Below, in pieces: positions 58,836 through 64,000 of a DNA stretch of 64,000 bases (positions are counted from its first letter, which is position 1; each line of letters starts with the position of its first letter). Both the position numbers and the translations under genes were made by a program. The stretch is from the IMG/VR virus record IMGVR_UViG_3300020469_003050, positions 62,001 to 126,000 of that record, one strand, 5' to 3'. The notes below the pieces were generated by a model. The model was not told the DNA's origin. It saw only the letters and a program-made list of their open reading frames with translations, and searched no databases.

Positions 58836-58996
58836 TGGAATCACTTCAAGTATTTTGGGATACACTTCAACCCTTAATCATTACCGGTATAACTGTTGGT
58901 GTAGTACTAGCAGTTATAGTTGGCTCTATTAAATTCGGTTGGCGATATGCGCCCTGGATTGTGTTATTAGGACTAGTTATTTTATTCCTAAACTAA
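58835..58996 (+). CDS. 53-aa membrane protein (not in ORF track)
   Basis: MESLQVFWDTLQPLIITGITVGVVLAVIVGSIKFGWRYAPWIVLLGLVILFLN; TAATG-coupled. Confidence 0.55.
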   Translation: MESLQVFWDTLQPLIITGITVGVVLAVIVGSIKFGWRYAPWIVLLGLVILFLN

Positions 58997-59006
58997 ATAG
59001 CGAGGT

Positions 59007-59474
59007 ATGAAAATGATAATTCGAAATATAGCTATAGGTCTCCTACTCCTCACTTGTTGGGGTATGATTATATCTGGCACGGTCTCAATGGCTAGGGCAC
59101 AGATGGTAGATAACAATCCTTTAAATTTAAATCCACCACAAGAAGAACCTGATGCAGAAGTAACAACTCCAGAGATTAAATTACTTTGCAGGTTCCCGGA
59201 GACATTAGATTTCGCTATCGCTATGTACATACTTCCAGAATATGGACGTGCTAGTGTCAAACCACTAAGTGAAGAATACGATGCAGTACCTTGGGTACCA
59301 GTACATCTACAACCAAGCAATGACGGTACTGAATATCGTCTATGGTTACAATTAGACAATGGCTTTATGGTGTTTGCAGTTAACAGACAAACTCTAGCCT
59401 ATACAGTTTTACAATCTATAAATATGTTAGGGAAGCAACTATACCAAGGTGGTTGGTGTGCTATTGTAGAATAA
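59007..59474 (+). CDS. Secreted/periplasmic hypothetical protein
   Basis: Signal-peptide-like N-terminus ending ARA. Confidence 0.55.
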   Translation: MKMIIRNIAIGLLLLTCWGMIISGTVSMARAQMVDNNPLNLNPPQEEPDAEVTTPEIKLLCRFPETLDFAIAMYILPEYGRASVKPLSEEYDAVPWVPVHLQPSNDGTEYRLWLQLDNGFMVFAVNRQTLAYTVLQSINMLGKQLYQGGWCAIVE

Positions 59475-59699
59475 TTGTATATGAAAATTATATATAATAA
59501 TCAACTTATTGATATTGATGAATTGAGTGGGTTAATGACCGAAGATGAACTTATACACTTAATAGAAGTATTCGGGTTTCCAGGTTGGGCTTCACCGGGT
59601 TTCTATCGTTGTGTAGAGTTAGGCTTTATTGAAGAAGGTCTTGATGAATGGGATTACATTCATGCTTATATAGAACGTGACCCGGCTACTCTACATTAA
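59475..59699 (+). CDS. Hypothetical protein
   Basis: Acidic 74-aa ORF. Confidence 0.5.
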   Translation: MYMKIIYNNQLIDIDELSGLMTEDELIHLIEVFGFPGWASPGFYRCVELGFIEEGLDEWDYIHAYIERDPATLH

Positions 59700-60700
59700 A
59701 AGTTACGTTGTAAAGTTTTAGCAAACCCACGATTAATCTCAGAACCCCAATGCGGAGCCCGGAACTTTGGGTCTCCTTTTTTATAATTACTGATATCTCT
59801 AGCACAACACTTATTAATGTAAAACCATTTTGCTTTTTCAGTTAGACTATTAAAGTCTCCTGTAACAAACCACTTATCGAATTGTGGTTTAAAGTCTCCG
59901 GGTATTGTAACATTAGCTTTGTCGAATATAGAACCAGTATTTGAATTATTCATATTGTGCATAGATATCTCAGCAAGAGGTATTTTACGTTCTCTGCATA
60001 TTAATTTGATTGCAACACGGTATTGATTAATTAAGTAGATGCTATGTGGGTTATCTAAGCATAGACTTTTACTTAACTTAGGATGAACTTCATTCAGTTT
60101 ACGTGTAACCCATTCGCCCTCATAGTTAAAACTAATCTTATCTTCACTAAGTCTTAAATCATGTCTTTGCCATTTTTCCGTTTCATATGGCATATCAGTA
60201 TCACCGTAACGCCAGACAGATGTATGTCTAACAGTATTAGGCCACATGATTGCTATACCTTTACAAGTGTCATGTGTATTTAAAAAATTTAAGATATTAT
60301 TATATGTGGTAGTAATAGAACCACCTTCTACACCATAATTTAAACATGGGTGACCTGTGTATGTCTTTAGAAAATATGACACGGTTTCTTCAACATGATT
60401 ACCTGTACCTAAAACATGAGAACAACCAAACACTGCAACTGAATTTGCTACATCTTGTTTGTCAGTATCAATTTCTCTAAACCCTATATCATTATAGTAA
60501 TACTCTATTGGCTTTTTGGATGCATGATAAGTCCAACTTTTGCCTATTGCATCAGAACTTTCTAAGTGATTTGACTTTTCAAGGTCATTCATATATTGTT
60601 TTGTAACTTTATAAGTACCATGTGCCATCCAATCTATTCCTAGATTTTCTATTGTGACAGGATCATCAAAGTTTAAACCTATTTTAATTTCTCTCGGCAT
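59696..60700 (-). CDS. SGNH-like protein, paralog 3
   Basis: N..GFR, FGCSHVLGTG, NYGVEGGS and ARD...PHWG. Confidence 0.65.
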   Translation of the reverse strand: MPREIKIGLNFDDPVTIENLGIDWMAHGTYKVTKQYMNDLEKSNHLESSDAIGKSWTYHASKKPIEYYYNDIGFREIDTDKQDVANSVAVFGCSHVLGTGNHVEETVSYFLKTYTGHPCLNYGVEGGSITTTYNNILNFLNTHDTCKGIAIMWPNTVRHTSVWRYGDTDMPYETEKWQRHDLRLSEDKISFNYEGEWVTRKLNEVHPKLSKSLCLDNPHSIYLINQYRVAIKLICRERKIPLAEISMHNMNNSNTGSIFDKANVTIPGDFKPQFDKWFVTGDFNSLTEKAKWFYINKCCARDISNYKKGDPKFRAPHWGSEINRGFAKTLQRNF

Positions 60701-61922
60701 GTAATTCTAACCATTGTTTTATATAAAGTTTATTAATAACTTCACCCCAATGTCCACCTTGAGGCCCGTTCTCATCTGTATAAGATACTATGTCCCTACA
60801 TTTGACACGATTTACAATATACAACTGTTCTTTACTAAGAGTACCATCTGGATTACTATAGTCTATCCACTTCTTATCATTACTTTCTATACAGCCTAGT
60901 ACTATATCCTTATATGCGTCTGGTACACATTCACTTAAAACATATGGAGACACAGGTTTGACATCCTCAGTCCACATCCAGGCTGGATTGTCTGCACGTA
61001 ACTCATAAACTCTTTCATCACCCATGATAGCATGAATGGTTTCTTGTGCAAGTGTTCGTCTGTAATACATTTCAGGGTTCGGAAGAAAGTCGTGTTCGTG
61101 TACTTGTAAATGTTCCCACATTTTATTTGGACCAATATTGTCCCGATAGTTTTTAGGTGTGCATTGTCCCGGTAACAAATCCCTCCTGTGCCAAACAGAA
61201 TCAAAATACTGACCTTGTGCATCATATCCTTCTCGTTGATAACCTATGTTCTTTGTAAACCTATAAGGGTAAGTCCATAGAACAAATATACCTTTTGGTT
61301 TACCATATTTTCTACATAGATGAACAAAATTATGCATGATAGTATCATTGCCAGTTCCACCTACGGATAAATTAATTACTGGTGCATTTAATTTTTTTGA
61401 TAATATTTCTCCCATCGTTTCATTCATATACTGACCTATACCAAATGTATGTGAGCAACCTGTAATGACATAACTATTCCTCCAATCTACTTCATCAAAG
61501 TCAGTATCACATCTAAACCCTTGTTTGTTAAGACGATATTCAATAGGTACATTATAATATTTCCACTGTTCTCCGATATGCTTTTTCATGTTTTCAGTCT
61601 TATCGTCTGTATCAAGCCCCAGGAATCCAGTAGTCCAATAAGGTTTTTTGCCCTTCTTCTGATGTTTCAACCATTTTAAAGGAGTAGCAGATACTCCTGG
61701 ATTGCTATTATCATTCAACTTAGTAGAAAATATATACTCAGCTGGATGTGTAATATTAACAGAATTTCTCCACCCTAAATCAAATTCATCCATTGGCAAA
61801 TCGTTAGCACCGTCCCAAGTATCAAACCTCATATATTCCCATGGTAGTTTTCCCTGCTTTTCAATCCACTTATCTTTTTCTTTTTCTACTAATTGTTTTC
61901 TTTTTCTATCGAACTCTGACAT
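60684..61922 (-). CDS. SGNH-like protein, paralog 2
   Basis: LNKQGFR, GCSHTFGIG, NLSVGGTGN and CRD...GGHWG. Confidence 0.65.
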   Translation of the reverse strand: MSEFDRKRKQLVEKEKDKWIEKQGKLPWEYMRFDTWDGANDLPMDEFDLGWRNSVNITHPAEYIFSTKLNDNSNPGVSATPLKWLKHQKKGKKPYWTTGFLGLDTDDKTENMKKHIGEQWKYYNVPIEYRLNKQGFRCDTDFDEVDWRNSYVITGCSHTFGIGQYMNETMGEILSKKLNAPVINLSVGGTGNDTIMHNFVHLCRKYGKPKGIFVLWTYPYRFTKNIGYQREGYDAQGQYFDSVWHRRDLLPGQCTPKNYRDNIGPNKMWEHLQVHEHDFLPNPEMYYRRTLAQETIHAIMGDERVYELRADNPAWMWTEDVKPVSPYVLSECVPDAYKDIVLGCIESNDKKWIDYSNPDGTLSKEQLYIVNRVKCRDIVSYTDENGPQGGHWGEVINKLYIKQWLELHAERN

Positions 61923-61924
61923 TA

Positions 61925-63172
61925 CTAATTCCTTGACAAAAGTTCTAAGAACTTACCGGCATAATAATCTTGCATTATCGGACCCCAATGTCCACCAATA
62001 GGACCAAGTTCTGGATCCATTGACTTTATATCTCTTGCTTTACATTTGTTTAAGATAAACAACTGTTCTTTCTCACTAAAGCTATCCCAAGGTTTGAACT
62101 TCTCAGGTTCTCTCTTTTTATTCTCAATACAGTTTATTACAATATCATGAGTCCACTTTGGTACCATTGTTCTTAAACTTACTGGTTTTGTCTTTTCTGT
62201 ATCTTCTCTCCAGATCCAACCTGGAAATTCTGCACACAATTCGAACACATTTTCTTTTCCCATTATTGCATGAAACGTTTCACGTGCCAGTGTTCTTCTA
62301 TAAAAATGTCTAGGGTTTGGTACAAACTCAGTAATATGATGATGTAGATTTCTTAAACTTTCAGGATAGTGATTCATTTTTTTATTGAGTTTAGCTGGAG
62401 TATCTTCTCCTGGCATTATATCCTGTCTTTGCCATACTGGTTCGTACACAGAATCCCATGCATCAACTCCCTTTGGTTGATAAGCCAATGGCTCACTGTA
62501 TCTAGGAGAATATGTCCAGAGTACAAATAATCCTTTTGGTTTACCATATTTTTGGATAGCATGGACAACATTGTGCATCATGACATCATTACCTGTTCCA
62601 CCTACACCTAAATTAATAACAGGTGTATTAAGTTTTCTACTTATTATTTGTCCTATAGTTTGCTCGTACTTGTTGCCTACGCCCATTACATGAGAGCATC
62701 CTACAATAACATAGCTATTTTGCCAATCATATCGGTCGAAGTCTAATGGATTTCTAAAGCCTTCTTTGTTTAATCTGTATTCTACTTGATTGTCAGACCA
62801 GTACCAATCAGGACCAATCTCTTGTTTTAGGTCTAACCATGTTTCTTTTTTATCTCCACCAAAGAACTCAGCTATCCAATAAGGATCTTTTCCCTCTGGT
62901 TCAATACAAGCCCAATTAGTTTCAGGTGGGGGAGTAGGTGTATCTTCTACTGTTTTGTCTCTAGTACTTTCAATAGGTATTAACGCATTTACAGAACTCC
63001 AAAAGCCCAATTCAAAATCATTGATTGGCATTACGGTTGCATAACCCCAATCTTGTACCCTCATATAAAACCAAGGTCTTTGTTTCTTTAGATTAGGTCT
63101 ATCTGCCCAAGGGTTATCCCCTTGGTTCTTTACATACTCTTTGAATTTCAGATATTCTTCTTTTTTATTCAT
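61925..63172 (-). CDS. SGNH-like protein, paralog 1
   Basis: LNKEGFR, GCSHVMGVG, NLGVGGTGN and ARD...GGHWG. Confidence 0.65.
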   Translation of the reverse strand: MNKKEEYLKFKEYVKNQGDNPWADRPNLKKQRPWFYMRVQDWGYATVMPINDFELGFWSSVNALIPIESTRDKTVEDTPTPPPETNWACIEPEGKDPYWIAEFFGGDKKETWLDLKQEIGPDWYWSDNQVEYRLNKEGFRNPLDFDRYDWQNSYVIVGCSHVMGVGNKYEQTIGQIISRKLNTPVINLGVGGTGNDVMMHNVVHAIQKYGKPKGLFVLWTYSPRYSEPLAYQPKGVDAWDSVYEPVWQRQDIMPGEDTPAKLNKKMNHYPESLRNLHHHITEFVPNPRHFYRRTLARETFHAIMGKENVFELCAEFPGWIWREDTEKTKPVSLRTMVPKWTHDIVINCIENKKREPEKFKPWDSFSEKEQLFILNKCKARDIKSMDPELGPIGGHWGPIMQDYYAGKFLELLSRN

Positions 63173-63182
63173 GTGTAAGTCC

Positions 63183-63269
63183 TTGACAATCTGGTCGAAT
63201 CATTATATACTATATTTATGTTCGTAGTTAAAGGGGAAAACTTGACAACTATAAAAAAGGTGTTATTAT
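63183..63269 (+). promoter_or_regulatory. Tandem sigma70-like promoters
   Basis: TTGACA-N17-TATACT (63183-63211) and AAAACTTGACA-N16-TATTAT (63237-63269). Confidence 0.6.
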
Positions 63270-63302
63270 AATATTATGATGAATTCAGCAGAGGTATATG
63301 AT

Positions 63303-64000
63303 ATGGAACATGTAGGTGGTAAACACACTCACTTTGAAAGAAACGTACTTTATCACCACAAGTATAATTTCCAAATAGATAATTCAGGTGTTGACTATAA
63401 AGATATTTTAGAACGTGAAGAAATTGGTTTCTCACGTGAGCAAGTTGTAGCGGCGGCTATTGTTGCCGATAGTTTCAATGAAGGTACATATGTAAAAGCA
63501 CAAGGTGGTGTTTTTGATTTTGCTGATACAAAACAAGGTAGTCGATATCTTCAAATGAAAATTCCGAATAAAGATATTCTTGTAGGTATTCTACATTTAT
63601 ATCCACATCTAATCGAAGATAAGCACATTGAAAGTGCAAAAGAAATTATTAAAGAACTTGAAATGGACTTCATGTTTAAAATCATGTCAGAAAAAATGAC
63701 AGAATTTGAAAGTGGCATTGCAAGTATACTGGCGTCTACAGATAAACTAGCCAAGCAATTTTGGGGTGTAGCCGCATATCTACCGACTTATGCAGTTAAG
63801 AAAGTATGGGAACGGGAAGTTACTGACCGTAGTGAAAACTCAGTACACATAACATCAACACGCAACGATGGTAAAGTGTTCATGGACATTACAGTATTGA
63901 AATCAAGTGCGAGTCAAACATATCCTGGTTTCAACGTATCTGCTATTTCTAGTGACGGCAATCGTGTAAGTTTCTTTAGTACTAAAAGTGGTTGGGAAGT
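63303..64000 (+). CDS. Hypothetical protein, 3' truncated
   Basis: Frame appears open from MEHVGGKHTHF toward the window end; GAGG RBS. Confidence 0.6.
   Translation, partial: MEHVGGKHTHFERNVLYHHKYNFQIDNSGVDYKDILEREEIGFSREQVVAAAIVADSFNEGTYVKAQGGVFDFADTKQGSRYLQMKIPNKDILVGILHLYPHLIEDKHIESAKEIIKELEMDFMFKIMSEKMTEFESGIASILASTDKLAKQFWGVAAYLPTYAVKKVWEREVTDRSENSVHITSTRNDGKVFMDITVLKSSASQTYPGFNVSAISSDGNRVSFFSTKSGWE

Noticed and set aside
1-64000. Cellular (bacterial) origin because of metK, fabF, apt, rpiB
   Set aside because: PolB with a gp45-like clamp, T4-like RNase H, dense small hypothetical ORFs and repeated phage-type promoters point to a large phage.

Overview
AT-rich, gene-dense segment of a large T4-like (probably marine or aquatic) dsDNA phage. 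No structural genes, tRNAs, rRNA or CRISPR arrays are seen. (1) 1-2.8 kb: replication genes (PolB C-terminus, adenine MTase, sliding clamp). (2) 2.8-11.7 kb: 7-deazaguanine module (TGT/DpdA-like, QueD-like, FolE, QueE, no QueC in window), interleaved with a purine permease, APRT, flavodoxin, glycosyltransferase, MetK and rhodanese. (3) 12-20 kb: RNase H, PMM, SbmA/BacA, HtrA and a MoxR ATPase. (4) 20.1-26.5 kb: compact lipid/natural-product-like cassette (acyl-adenylating enzyme, flavin halogenase, two desaturases, GNAT-like protein, FabF), lying between the MoxR ATPase and its VWA/peptidase partner, which share a duplicated 56-bp promoter. (5) 28-31.6 kb: HNH, DHFR, ThyA. (6) 31.5-52.9 kb, minus strand: about 21 kb of tailoring enzymes (seven radical SAM proteins in three paralog classes, three 2OG-type oxygenases, a PLP enzyme, two MTase-like proteins, a 7-repeat glycosyltransferase-like protein, carbamoyltransferase, SGNH), divergent from a lone acyl carrier protein. 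(7) 53-59.7 kb: small ORFs behind a repeated promoter motif, with structured intergenic DNA. (8) Three tandem SGNH-like paralogs. The most novel candidates are a phage-encoded ACP-dependent halogenated/unsaturated acyl pathway, the radical SAM array, and a possibly glycosylated deazaguanine DNA modification. All calls come from motifs read by eye; no database searches were run.
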